Positions 7,811 through 17,553 of a DNA stretch of 59,806 nt are shown one piece after another. Where the stretch lies: IMG/VR virus record IMGVR_UViG_3300046171_000176, positions 1-59,806 of that record. One strand, written 5' to 3'. Origin of the DNA: a virus. Its lineage: Duplodnaviria > Caudoviricetes. Below the pieces are notes generated by a model. The model worked only from the letters and a program-made list of their open reading frames with translations. It was not told where the DNA came from and searched no databases. Both the position numbers and the translations under genes were made by a program. Position 1 is the stretch's first letter. Each line of letters opens with the position of its first letter.

Positions 7811-8542
7811 ATGAACAAACAAAAGGTATTAGAAAAATTAAAGTTAGATGAAAACTATTATGGAGACTTTGGTAAACAATTTCTTAGCAATAGTGATATT
7901 AAAACTTTATTAACTAATCCCTTGGCCCTTGGCATACAATCCAAACCAAGCCCAGCATTTCTTGTAGGTGGATATTTCCATACTGCGATACTTGAACCTG
8001 ACAAGCTTAAAAAATATAAGGTTATCGAAAGTAGTACAAGAAATACAAAAGCATACAAAGAAATGTCTGGTGGTGAACTTTGTTTATTACAAAAAGAAGT
8101 TGACCAAATAGAATTGATGACACAAAAAATATTAGAAAACGACGTATGTCGTGGACTAATCAAAGGCATTGATGTTGAGTATGAGAAGCCTGGCTTAGCA
8201 GAACTTGAAGGCGCTTTATGGAAGGGTAAAGCTGATATTGTAAACCATGACGAAAAGCTTATAATTGATTTGAAAACAACCAAAGATATAAATGCTTTCA
8301 AGTGGTCTGCTAACCGTTTTAATTACGATTCTCAAGCATATATCTATAGTAAACTATTTGGATATGAATTTGTGTTTATAGTTATTGATAAGGAAACGCA
8401 TCAAATAGCTGTTATGGATTGTTCACCTGATTTTTATTCATCAGGTGCTGACAAGGTAGAGAGAGCAGTAGAAGCTTACGATTTATTCTACAAAACCGAT
8501 GGGTTTGACCCATCACAATTTTTTATTAATTTAACACTTTAA
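7811..8542 (+). CDS. PD-(D/E)XK exonuclease (RecE/DUF3799-like)
   Basis: LSNSDIK, FHTAILEP, KGKADIV, IIDLKTT, YDSQAYIY. Confidence 0.85.
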   Translation: MNKQKVLEKLKLDENYYGDFGKQFLSNSDIKTLLTNPLALGIQSKPSPAFLVGGYFHTAILEPDKLKKYKVIESSTRNTKAYKEMSGGELCLLQKEVDQIELMTQKILENDVCRGLIKGIDVEYEKPGLAELEGALWKGKADIVNHDEKLIIDLKTTKDINAFKWSANRFNYDSQAYIYSKLFGYEFVFIVIDKETHQIAVMDCSPDFYSSGADKVERAVEAYDLFYKTDGFDPSQFFINLTL

Positions 8543-8549
8543 TTTTATT

Positions 8550-8768
8550 ATGGCAAGAAGAAAGAAAGCAACAACAAAATTATGTGCAATGACTGGAATG
8601 ACATTTCCAACGTCAGAATTTTACGCTAACAAAACTTCAGCAGATGGATTGCATGCGTATAGCAAAAAAGCTGATAACTTCAGAAGAAGATTACAAGCTA
8701 CAGGAGCTACAGTAGGAACTACTGAGCTAAGAACTATGTTCAATAATTTATTTCAAACAGCAGTATAA
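8550..8768 (+). CDS. hypothetical protein (degenerate zinc-ribbon-like N-terminus)
   Basis: KLCAMTG..FPTSEFY...ADGLHAYSK. Confidence 0.6.
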   Translation: MARRKKATTKLCAMTGMTFPTSEFYANKTSADGLHAYSKKADNFRRRLQATGATVGTTELRTMFNNLFQTAV

Positions 8769-8769
8769 T

Positions 8770-9084
8770 ATGGCAAGTATAATAGCAACAAGTATCGACT
8801 TAACAAAAATACCGAAAGATAAAATTATTGACGGTAAGAAAGGAAAATACTTACCTATTACAATTACTATTAACGATGAAACAGATCAGTTTGGTAATCA
8901 GGGTCCAGTGATTGTTCAACAATCAAAAGACGAAAGAGATGCTAAAATTGAAAAAGTTTATCTTGGTAATGTAAAGGTAGTATGGACCAATGGTGATAAT
9001 GTTGATGTAGCTCCCAGAGATGATCAACCCGCTCAAGCAGCTATGCCTACAAAACCACAACCAGTAGATGATTTACCATTTTAA
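8770..9084 (+). CDS. putative single-stranded DNA-binding protein
   Basis: Acidic C-terminal DDLPF tail; located between recombinase and primase. Confidence 0.65.
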   Translation: MASIIATSIDLTKIPKDKIIDGKKGKYLPITITINDETDQFGNQGPVIVQQSKDERDAKIEKVYLGNVKVVWTNGDNVDVAPRDDQPAQAAMPTKPQPVDDLPF

Positions 9085-9095
9085 ATAATTAATTA

Positions 9096-10817
9096 ATGCA
9101 AGTAAACAACACGGAGATTAACGGATTTTTAATCGACCAGTTTAACCAGCATGATTTAAAGGTTGGTGCAACGCAGGGGATTTGTCCCCTGTGTTCGCAT
9201 ACACGTAAACCTGAAAATCGTAAACAACAATGTGCTAGTTATGATTGGGAACGTGGATTAGGAACTTGTCATAACTGTGATTCAACATTTCAGCTACATA
9301 CATATCAACGTAAAGGTGAGCCATCAAAAGTTTATGAAAAACCTGATGCTACGCACGTCGTTGAAAATAAAGAGCTAAGTGAAAATGTTTATAAATGGTT
9401 TAAAGATCGTGGTATATCATATGAAACCTTAAATGATTTAAATATTACTGAAGGTAAAGAATATATGCCACAGACCGGACAAGTTGAGAATACTATCCAG
9501 TTCAATTATGTTATGGGTGATGAGCTCATTAATATTAAATATAGAGACGGACGAAAGAACTTTAAATTATATAAAGGTGCTGAGAAAGTCTTTTATAATA
9601 TAAATAGTATCGTAAACGACAATACATGTGTTATTGTTGAAGGTGAAATGGATGTGTTAGCATTTCATGAGGCTGGTATTAAAAACGTAGTATCAGTACC
9701 TAATGGTGCTACACTGAATCATAACAATTTAGATTATCTTGATAACTGTATAGATTATTTTACAGACAAAGAAAAAATAATATTAGCAGTTGATCAAGAC
9801 GACGCTGGCGCTGCACTACAAGCAGAATTGATTAGAAGATTAGGTGCTGAAGTATGTTACTTAGTAAACTTTGTAGATTGTAAAGATGCAAATGATTATT
9901 TACTTAAGTATGGTAAAGAAGACTTAGCTGAAACAATTAAAGAATGTAGACCAGTACCACTTGAAAATGTTACAACATTTAAAGATATAGAACATGAAGT
10001 TACAGACTTTGTTAAACACGGTTTCAAAAAAGGCTTTCAAGTTGGTCTTAATAACTTTGACAATATATTTAGTACTTACACTGGTCAATTTATTACGGTT
10101 ACTGGTATTCCTTCATCAGGTAAATCAGATTTTGTAGACCAAATGTGTGTTGGCTATAACAATAATTATGGCTGGCGAACTGCATTTGCATCTCCTGAGA
10201 ATGCACCAACATACTTACATGCCCATAAGTTAATGAGAAAAGTATGGCAAGATATGCCAAGATCATCAGATATTGGTACAAATAAATGGAAACAAGTAGC
10301 TGAACATGTTAACGATAATTTCTTTTTCATTGATATGGAAAGATATACACTTGAATCTGTATTACGTAAAGGTGCAGAGCTTGTAAAGCGTAAAGGTATT
10401 AAATGTTTAGTCATAGACCCGTTTAATAAAATACGTGATGTTGATGCAAAGACTGAGGATGTAAACAGATATACAATGGAATACTTAACAAAGATTGAAA
10501 CATTTGCAAAAAAGTTTGATGTATTAGTTTTTATTGTAGCGCATCCAACTAAAATGTATAAAACACAGGATGGTAAAATTGAAGAACCAACTATGTATAA
10601 CATCAAAGGCGGAGGTGAATGGTACGATGCATCTTATCATGGCATATTAGTACACAGAAATTACGAAGAAAAAACTGTTAAAGCAAAAGTTTTAAAAGTT
10701 AAGTTTCAGAATCTTGGTGAGAATGGAGCTGAGGCTCATTTTAAATGGGAACCAAGATCAGGTTGTTTTATACCTCACGAAGTATTAGAACCTGAAGAAG
10801 TAATGCCTTGGGAATAA
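9096..10817 (+). CDS. primase-helicase (T7 gp4/Twinkle-like)
   Basis: Zn-binding CPLC...CHNC; Toprim IVEGEMD, DQDDAG, KDAND; Walker A GIPSSGKS; VIDP, VAHP. Confidence 0.93.
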   Translation: MQVNNTEINGFLIDQFNQHDLKVGATQGICPLCSHTRKPENRKQQCASYDWERGLGTCHNCDSTFQLHTYQRKGEPSKVYEKPDATHVVENKELSENVYKWFKDRGISYETLNDLNITEGKEYMPQTGQVENTIQFNYVMGDELINIKYRDGRKNFKLYKGAEKVFYNINSIVNDNTCVIVEGEMDVLAFHEAGIKNVVSVPNGATLNHNNLDYLDNCIDYFTDKEKIILAVDQDDAGAALQAELIRRLGAEVCYLVNFVDCKDANDYLLKYGKEDLAETIKECRPVPLENVTTFKDIEHEVTDFVKHGFKKGFQVGLNNFDNIFSTYTGQFITVTGIPSSGKSDFVDQMCVGYNNNYGWRTAFASPENAPTYLHAHKLMRKVWQDMPRSSDIGTNKWKQVAEHVNDNFFFIDMERYTLESVLRKGAELVKRKGIKCLVIDPFNKIRDVDAKTEDVNRYTMEYLTKIETFAKKFDVLVFIVAHPTKMYKTQDGKIEEPTMYNIKGGGEWYDASYHGILVHRNYEEKTVKAKVLKVKFQNLGENGAEAHFKWEPRSGCFIPHEVLEPEEVMPWE

Positions 10818-11090
10818 ATGAAAAGTTTATACAAAAGAAGAAAGAAAAACTATTTACCGTCATATATGCCAACGCATGAAGAGCAGGAATGGAAATTATT
10901 TTGTACAAAAAACAATATAAGGATATCTCCATGGGGTACGCCACAAGACGGACAATGGAAAATTTGTATAAACATAGGCCCATATAAGCGAGGAGAAAAA
11001 TGTAACTTTGCTCCACATATATATAACAAACATACTTTATGGCCAGAGTATTATAAATTCTGTAAATATTATTATGATAAATATAAATGA
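10818..11090 (+). CDS. hypothetical protein
   Basis: ORF track. Confidence 0.6.
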   Translation: MKSLYKRRKKNYLPSYMPTHEEQEWKLFCTKNNIRISPWGTPQDGQWKICINIGPYKRGEKCNFAPHIYNKHTLWPEYYKFCKYYYDKYK

Positions 11091-11910
11091 ACAATATAGG
11101 ATATTAGTATCTGAAATACTTAATAGCGGTAAAAACAAGAACGATAGAACCGGAGTCGGTACACTATCAAAGTTTGGCTATACTATTAGACACGATATGG
11201 CATTAGGTTTTCCTTTGCTATACACAAAAAAAGTTTCTTTCAAAGCTGCTAAAGTCGAGCTTATGTGGATATTGCAAGGCAGAACTGATTTAAAATATTT
11301 GGAAGATAATGGTGTTAAATACTGGAGAGCAGATTATGAAAGGTCTGGTAGAACTGATGAAACATTAGGCCCAGTATATGGTAAGCAATGGCGTGACTTT
11401 AATGGTATTGATCAAATGTATGATTTATCTTTACAGTTGCACAATAATCCTAATTCAAGAAGAATGGTTGTATCAGCGTGGAATCCTGCTGATATGAAAG
11501 ATATGGCTTTACCGCCGTGTCATTATGGCTTTCAATGTTATGTAAACAATGGCAAGCTTGACTTAATGTGGCAACAAAGGTCTGTTGATGTATTCTTAGG
11601 TTTGCCTTATGATATAGCTATGTATGGTTTATTATTAGAACTATTAGCTAAAGGTCATGGTTTAAAACCTGGTAAATTAATTGGTCAGCTTGGTGATTGT
11701 CATATTTATAATAATCATATTGACCAAGCAACTACATTAATGTATAGAGACCCTGATACATATCATTGTCCAGTATTACAATTAGATACTATTGGTGTTG
11801 GTATTAATTCACAAAATGAAATTAATATTCCATCACTGGATAGTATGATATTACACGGGTATGAACACATGGGCGAAATAAAAGCTCCTTTAAACGTTGG
11901 AAAAAAATGA
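11074..11910 (+). CDS. thyA: thymidylate synthase homologue with Asn-to-Asp specificity residue (possible dCMP methyl/hydroxymethyltransferase)
   Basis: DRTGVGT, ELMWILQG, GPVYGKQWR, NSRR, MALPPCH, QRSVDVFLGLPYDIAMY, DCHIY; start set at ATG 11074. Confidence 0.9.
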   Translation: MININEQYRILVSEILNSGKNKNDRTGVGTLSKFGYTIRHDMALGFPLLYTKKVSFKAAKVELMWILQGRTDLKYLEDNGVKYWRADYERSGRTDETLGPVYGKQWRDFNGIDQMYDLSLQLHNNPNSRRMVVSAWNPADMKDMALPPCHYGFQCYVNNGKLDLMWQQRSVDVFLGLPYDIAMYGLLLELLAKGHGLKPGKLIGQLGDCHIYNNHIDQATTLMYRDPDTYHCPVLQLDTIGVGINSQNEINIPSLDSMILHGYEHMGEIKAPLNVGKK

Positions 11911-12701
11911 CAGAAACTTATTATTTATATCACATTCCTGGTAAAAAAATCGGCGTTACACGTGATCTTAATAGAAGGGTTACGCTAACGCAGGGTTATA
12001 AGCCTGGAGAATATGAGGTTCTAGAATCTTCTTCAGATATCAATTACATATCTGATAGAGAAATAGAACTTCAAAAGTCTTATGGCTATAGAAAAGATCA
12101 CAAACTTTATAAAAATTTATTTAAAATGAAAATAAACGTAACCGAACAAACCACAACATTCCCTGTACCTCTAACAAAATTAAAAGGTAGATTGCACGAT
12201 CAGGTTGGTTTAAACTGGCAAACTGAATTTGGTAAAATTCATTTATCTCCAGATTTAGCTAGCTGGATTGCAAACAATGCACACGTATCAATGTACAATA
12301 GCGATAGGAGTTATGTGTACAATAAAGCTTTATGGGAAGCATTTAACGATATGAATAGCTTTGAAAGCTTAGTTGATCAAGTTGAAACTAGAACGTGGAC
12401 GTTTGATAATATAAGAACATGGGCAAAAGAAAGAGGCTTGTACAAGAAAGGCAACAGTACTACACAATATGTTAAGCTTCAAGAAGAAGCTGGCGAGTTA
12501 GCTAAAGCGTTATTAAAAAATGATAAAGCTGAAATAAAAGATGCTATTGGAGATATTGTTGTAGTATTAACTAATTTAGCGCATTTAGAAAAGCTAACAA
12601 TAGAAGATTGTATTGATGCTGCCTATAAAGAAATATCAAATAGAACCGGAAAGATGGTTAATGGAACATTTGTAAAAGATGAAAAAAAGAAGGACTTATA
12701 A
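11907..12701 (+). CDS. GIY-YIG-like N-terminal domain fused to MazG-like nucleotide pyrophosphohydrolase
   Basis: N-terminal YYLYHI..KIGVTRDLNRR...REIELQ; C-terminal KLQEEAGELAKA...DAIGDIVVVL. Confidence 0.75.
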   Translation: MTETYYLYHIPGKKIGVTRDLNRRVTLTQGYKPGEYEVLESSSDINYISDREIELQKSYGYRKDHKLYKNLFKMKINVTEQTTTFPVPLTKLKGRLHDQVGLNWQTEFGKIHLSPDLASWIANNAHVSMYNSDRSYVYNKALWEAFNDMNSFESLVDQVETRTWTFDNIRTWAKERGLYKKGNSTTQYVKLQEEAGELAKALLKNDKAEIKDAIGDIVVVLTNLAHLEKLTIEDCIDAAYKEISNRTGKMVNGTFVKDEKKKDL

Positions 12702-13134
12702 AAGAAAAAGAGGTCCAGTAGTTTCTAAAAAAGTAACACACGACGGAATAACCTTTGCGTCTGGCTTAGAAAAATATATGTATTGTGCTTTGAAAAAAGC
12801 AGGCATAAAAGCTACATACGAAGGTGAAACATTCGTGTTATTAAATGGTTTTCACTTTGAAAATGAATGTTGGGAACGACAATCAAACAGCAAAGGATTA
12901 TTTAAAAATAGAGGTGAGAAAAGAATCTTACCCATAAAGTATACACCAGATTTTATTGGTAAAAGCTTTATAATAGAAACTAAAGGAAGACCCAACGAAT
13001 CGTTTCCAATGAGATGGAAACTATTTAAAAAATTAGTGATGCAACAATTTCCTAATTATACTTTATTTAAACCACAAAATCAAAAAGAATGCGATCGCGT
13101 AATAGAAATACTACAGAGTCAGCCAAACATTTAG
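12679..13134 (+). CDS. T7 endonuclease I-like Holliday junction resolvase
   Basis: FASGLE, YE, YTPDF, IETKG. Confidence 0.8.
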   Translation: MKKRRTYKRKRGPVVSKKVTHDGITFASGLEKYMYCALKKAGIKATYEGETFVLLNGFHFENECWERQSNSKGLFKNRGEKRILPIKYTPDFIGKSFIIETKGRPNESFPMRWKLFKKLVMQQFPNYTLFKPQNQKECDRVIEILQSQPNI

Positions 13135-13262
13135 CTAGACGAAAGTATAAAGAAAGAAAAATAGATACGTTTATTAAATGGTCGTTAGCTACACGTGGTT
13201 ATTTAAGGTGGCAAGACTTAGAGTTTATACATAATAAATATAATGTAAAATGCTATGGCTAA
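13089..13262 (+). CDS. small hypothetical protein (57 aa)
   Basis: Manual translation MRSRNRN...VKCYG*. Confidence 0.45.
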   Translation: MRSRNRNTTESAKHLARRKYKERKIDTFIKWSLATRGYLRWQDLEFIHNKYNVKCYG

Positions 13263-13392
13263 AAAAACAAATTTATTTCAATATAGAAAAAAACATAAAA
13301 TAAGACGTAAAGGAATTCATGCGAAATCTAAATCGTCAAATTTAAAAACAAGTAAAAATTATGTCAAACAATACAGAGGACAAGGCAGATAA
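13255..13392 (+). CDS. small basic protein ending YRGQGR
   Basis: Manual translation MAKKTNLF...KQYRGQGR*; this C-terminal motif is common in aquatic phages. Confidence 0.65.
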   Translation: MAKKTNLFQYRKKHKIRRKGIHAKSKSSNLKTSKNYVKQYRGQGR

Positions 13393-13522
13393 AAATTGGT
13401 CAATGGCATTAGGATTATATCCAGGTATATTATTTGGAGTAAGAACTTATCATGGACCAACACATTCACAAACTGTTATTTATCTACCATTTGTAGACCT
13501 CGCAATAGAATGGGAAAATTAA
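13361..13522 (+). CDS. small hypothetical protein (53 aa)
   Basis: Manual translation ...GLYPGILFGVRTY...YLPFVDLAIEWEN*. Confidence 0.55.
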   Translation: MSNNTEDKADKNWSMALGLYPGILFGVRTYHGPTHSQTVIYLPFVDLAIEWEN

Positions 13523-13523
13523 T

Positions 13524-14510
13524 ATGAATGTACCTTTATTTACAGAAAGAATACCTTACAAGCCTTTTGAATACCCTGAGTATTATACTGAAGGCTGGTT
13601 AAAACAAGCTCAAGCGTTTTGGTTACATACTGAAATACCAATGAGCGGTGACGTTAAAGATTGGAAAGAAAAACTAAATGACAAAGAGAAGAACCTGGTC
13701 GGAAACATATTACTCGGTTTCGCCCAAACAGAATGTGCAGTATCTGATTACTGGACGCAAAAAGTTGTATCGTGGTTTCCTAAGCACGAGATACAACAGA
13801 TGGCAATGATGTTTGGTAGTCAAGAGACTATCCATGCAGTTGCATATAGTTATTTGAATGAAACTTTAGGTCTTGAAGACTATGAAGCTTTCTTACATGA
13901 ACCTGCTACAGCAAAAAGATTTGAAAACTTAGTTGCTTATGAAGGTAATGATCCTGTAGGGATTGGTAAAAGTCTTGCAACATTTTCTGCATTTGCTGAA
14001 GGTGTATCTTTATATTCTGCATTTGCAGTATTATATTCTTTTCAAATGAGGAATTTACTTAAAGGTATTGGTCAGCAAATGAAATGGTCCGTAAGAGATG
14101 AATCGCTACATAGTAAAATGGGATGTCAACTATTTAGGCATATGTGTTCACAAATTCCTGGATTAAAAGAAGAATGTGAACCACATATATTTGAGGCTGC
14201 GTTAGAAATGCATAATGCTGAAATGACTTATATTAATAAGATATTTGAAATGGGTGATATAGAAAACTTAAAAAAATATGACTTGGTACACTTCATCAAA
14301 AAAAGAGTTGGAGACAAACTTGCAGAGCTTGGCTACAAAGATAAAAAGTATAAACAATGGGACTTCACAGGGTACGATCAAAAAGCAGTTGATAACATGG
14401 CTTGGTTTGATCATCTTACCGGGGGCCATACTCATACTGACTTTTTTGCTGTTAGACCAACTGATTACTCGAAAGCAAACGAAGGTGAAGACTTCGAAGA
14501 TATATGGTAG
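13524..14510 (+). CDS. nrdB: ribonucleotide reductase class Ia beta subunit
   Basis: FW..EI, QETIHAVAYS (radical Tyr), EGVSLYSAF, RDESLH, TDFF. Confidence 0.93.
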   Translation: MNVPLFTERIPYKPFEYPEYYTEGWLKQAQAFWLHTEIPMSGDVKDWKEKLNDKEKNLVGNILLGFAQTECAVSDYWTQKVVSWFPKHEIQQMAMMFGSQETIHAVAYSYLNETLGLEDYEAFLHEPATAKRFENLVAYEGNDPVGIGKSLATFSAFAEGVSLYSAFAVLYSFQMRNLLKGIGQQMKWSVRDESLHSKMGCQLFRHMCSQIPGLKEECEPHIFEAALEMHNAEMTYINKIFEMGDIENLKKYDLVHFIKKRVGDKLAELGYKDKKYKQWDFTGYDQKAVDNMAWFDHLTGGHTHTDFFAVRPTDYSKANEGEDFEDIW

Positions 14511-14755
14511 TGAAAAGAAAAATTCTAAAACTAATAGCAACAACTAAAAGACTGACGCCACTTGAAAAAATGTCTACTCGTATTGGGTATATGGGTGCAG
14601 GTTTTCTTGTGGCTGCGCAGTGGACAATTGAGCCAATGTTATATATTGTAGGTTTCATTTGTGTAATGGTGCAAACTGCTGCGCGTAAACAATGGAACTT
14701 AGTAGCATTAAACATAAATGGTTTAGTTGCTTGGATATCACATTTAATTAAATAA
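14504..14755 (+). CDS. small membrane protein
   Basis: 2-3 hydrophobic helices; inserted between nrdB and nrdA. Confidence 0.6.
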   Translation: MVVKRKILKLIATTKRLTPLEKMSTRIGYMGAGFLVAAQWTIEPMLYIVGFICVMVQTAARKQWNLVALNINGLVAWISHLIK

Positions 14756-14756
14756 T

Positions 14757-14981
14757 ATGGGAGTACAAAAAAATATTAAAAAACTGCAAGAGCAAAATGA
14801 AATATTAGGCGGCGCTTTAACTAGGGCATTAAAAGAATTAGATGCTTTAAAAGCATTAGCTCAAGGAACACTCACCGCCTTTCAATTACATATTGGAGAA
14901 GATGAGTGGAGTAAATTAGTAGAAGAACTTAAAAATTTAGAAAAAAGAGATGTGGAACAACAATTGGAAAAAGGGAATTGA
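14757..14981 (+). CDS. coiled-coil hypothetical protein
   Basis: ORF track. Confidence 0.6.
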   Translation: MGVQKNIKKLQEQNEILGGALTRALKELDALKALAQGTLTAFQLHIGEDEWSKLVEELKNLEKRDVEQQLEKGN

Positions 14982-16674
14982 TTATCCTAACTGGGGCGAT
15001 ACAGACGTATATAAGAAAACAATATCTGGTGGCTATTTAGTTAATGGTGAAACACCAAAAGATGCTTATATGCGTGTTTGTACAGCTGTATCAAAGCGTT
15101 TAAATCGCCCAGAACTAACTGAAACTTTCTTTGAATATATATGGAAGGGTTGGCTATGTTTAGCGTCTCCTGTGCTGTCTAATACAGGTACAGATCGAGG
15201 TCTACCTATATCATGCTTTGGTATAGATGTTGGCGATTCGATATATGAGATTGGTATGAAAAATCTCGAGATGATGCTACTTGCAAAACACGGCGGCGGA
15301 GTTGGTATCGGAGTAAATATGATTAGACCCGCCGGAGCTAATATAACTGGAAATGGAACATCTGATGGAACTGTGCCGTTTTGTAAAATTTACGATAGCA
15401 CTATACTTGCCACGAATCAAGGATCTGTCCGAAGAGGAGCTGCAAGCGTTAACATTAATATTGACCACCCCGACTTTGAAGAGTGGTTGGAAATACGTGA
15501 ACCTAAAGGAGACATTAATCGTCAGTCGCTCAACCTACACCAGTGTGCTGTGGTCGGCGATAAATTCATGCGAAAACTTGATACAGGTGATAAGAATGCA
15601 AGAAGATTATGGGGAAAGCTATTACAAAAGCGAAAAGCAACTGGAGAGCCTTATATTTTATTTAAGGGAAATACAAACAAAAATAATCCAGATGCATACA
15701 GAAAGCATGGGTTAAAAGTTCACATGACAAACATATGTAGTGAGATAACATTACACACTGATGAATCTCATTCATTTGTTTGCTGTCTATCATCATTAAA
15801 TTTAGCCAAATATGATGAATGGAAAAACACTAATCTAATATATGATAGTATATGGTTTTTAGATGGCGTGTTAGAAGAGTTTATACAAAAATCAAAAGGT
15901 AAAGTTGGCTTTCATAATTCTGTAAGATCTGCTGAAAAAGGTAGAGCATTAGGATTAGGAGTTCTTGGATGGCATACATATTTACAAGAACAAGGATTAC
16001 CGTTTGAAGGATTATTATCACAATATGAAACAAGAAGGATATTTTCACAAATTAAAATCGAATCTGAGAGAGCTTCCATGGCGCTTGCTGAGACTTTTGG
16101 CGAGCCTCTTTGGTGTCGTGGGTCTGGGTATCGTAACACTCATCTTCGTGCTATCGCACCTACTGTCAGTAATAGCAAGTTGTCTGGAAACGTTTCTCCC
16201 GGAATTGAGCCGTGGGCTGCTAACGTATTCACAGAGCAGTCTGCAAAAGGTACATTTATTCGCAAGAACCCTACGCTTAAAAAGGTACTCAGACGACATA
16301 AAATCGACACGGAAAAAGTCTGGAACAAAATCTTAAAAGATGGTGGTTCAGTACAAGGATTAAAAGAATTAGATAATATAACGCTAGGTAAATATAATGA
16401 TATACCAGCTAAAGATGTATTTAAAACTTTTAAAGAAATAAATCAATTAGAGTTAGTTAATCAAGCAGGTATACGTCAACAATATATTGACCAATCTGTT
16501 TCATTAAACTTAGCTTTTCCTGCTGTAGCTACACCAAAATGGATTAATAAAGTCCATATGGAAGCTTGGAAGAAAGGTATTAAAACTTTATATTATATGC
16601 GAACAGAATCTGTTCTGAGAGGAGATATTGCCGATTCAGCAATGGATGAAAATTGTTTAGCGTGTGACGGATAA
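14950..16674 (+). CDS. nrdA: ribonucleotide reductase class Ia alpha subunit
   Basis: ASPVLSN, PISCF, GGGVG, RRGA, TNICSEI, VCCLSS, APTVS, DQSVS, KTLYY, C-terminal CLAC. Confidence 0.95.
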   Translation: MWNNNWKKGIDYPNWGDTDVYKKTISGGYLVNGETPKDAYMRVCTAVSKRLNRPELTETFFEYIWKGWLCLASPVLSNTGTDRGLPISCFGIDVGDSIYEIGMKNLEMMLLAKHGGGVGIGVNMIRPAGANITGNGTSDGTVPFCKIYDSTILATNQGSVRRGAASVNINIDHPDFEEWLEIREPKGDINRQSLNLHQCAVVGDKFMRKLDTGDKNARRLWGKLLQKRKATGEPYILFKGNTNKNNPDAYRKHGLKVHMTNICSEITLHTDESHSFVCCLSSLNLAKYDEWKNTNLIYDSIWFLDGVLEEFIQKSKGKVGFHNSVRSAEKGRALGLGVLGWHTYLQEQGLPFEGLLSQYETRRIFSQIKIESERASMALAETFGEPLWCRGSGYRNTHLRAIAPTVSNSKLSGNVSPGIEPWAANVFTEQSAKGTFIRKNPTLKKVLRRHKIDTEKVWNKILKDGGSVQGLKELDNITLGKYNDIPAKDVFKTFKEINQLELVNQAGIRQQYIDQSVSLNLAFPAVATPKWINKVHMEAWKKGIKTLYYMRTESVLRGDIADSAMDENCLACDG

Positions 16675-16679
16675 TAATT

Positions 16680-16709
16680 AAGGGGCTTTTTTTAAGGCCC
16701 CTTTTTTTT
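16680..16709. terminator. bidirectional intrinsic terminator between convergent arms
   Basis: AAGGGGC...GCCCCTT stem followed by a T run, at the strand-switch point. Confidence 0.8.
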
Positions 16710-16766
16710 ATTTCTATTTGTTATTTACAAATGCAAAAGGGACAATTACAATTTTTCATAGTTTCA

Positions 16767-17231
16767 TTATATTACTTTATAAGCTGTTTTATTATTTTCG
16801 TCTTTATATGCTAATAAGCATTTATTTCTATTAGCTTCTTCATTTACATAACTTACATGAATCCAATCTGGGTTGTCAGAATTTCCAAATTCCCATATCA
16901 TCTGATCGAACGATAAATTATTCTTTATATATTCATACATATCAGCATTACTCATATAACCATACACATCATCAATATCAATTGCTTGGCCTTTACAATG
17001 TTGTGAATTAGAACTCCCACCGATTGCTTTATTTAATTCAGGTCCGCGATAGAATGAATTTATTTTTATTGGTCCGCCTACATGCTTTCTTAATGGTTCA
17101 AAAATCTTTTCAGCTAATAATTCCATATTAGTTAAATGAGTTTTTGTTGGATCATTATTTAAACCTAATCTCAAAGCAGTAATGCTATACACACCCTCTT
17201 TATATGAGATATGCTCGCTTATGTTTTTCAT
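16767..17231 (-). CDS. endolysin, peptidase M15A family
   Basis: INSFYR...NKAIGGSSNSQHCKGQAIDI...WIHVSY. Confidence 0.88.
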   Translation of the reverse strand: MKNISEHISYKEGVYSITALRLGLNNDPTKTHLTNMELLAEKIFEPLRKHVGGPIKINSFYRGPELNKAIGGSSNSQHCKGQAIDIDDVYGYMSNADMYEYIKNNLSFDQMIWEFGNSDNPDWIHVSYVNEEANRNKCLLAYKDENNKTAYKVI

Positions 17232-17237
17232 TTAATT

Positions 17238-17552
17238 TTATTTTTTTGCGTTGTCTATTTCTAACTTCTTAACAACTTCTTTTAATGTTTCAACATCTTC
17301 TTGCAAATACATTATTCTTAAATCTTGTTTAGCATCATCTGGTAAAGCACCCATTTCTCCTCTTGGCCATTTAATTCTAAATTCTTCATTAAGTGCTACA
17401 GCATCTTGCATTCTAATTACATCTAATTGTAATTGTGCTATTTCAGCTGTTAGTGTAAACCAAACACCAGCAATTGATACAATACCAAATACTGCCCCAA
17501 TTACTGCTTTGATATCTAACGATACTTTTGATTTTTCTGTGAGTTCTGACAT
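17238..17552 (-). CDS. single-TM lysis-cassette protein (holin/spanin-like)
   Basis: N-terminal TM plus coiled coil; adjacent to endolysin; paralogous to 17901..18182. Confidence 0.55.
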   Translation of the reverse strand: MSELTEKSKVSLDIKAVIGAVFGIVSIAGVWFTLTAEIAQLQLDVIRMQDAVALNEEFRIKWPRGEMGALPDDAKQDLRIMYLQEDVETLKEVVKKLEIDNAKK

Positions 17553-17553
17553 A

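Noticed and set aside
16721-16759. Tiny Cys-rich ORF MKNCNCPFCICK on the minus strand after the endolysin
   Set aside because: Only 12 codons; cannot be supported without conservation or ribosome data
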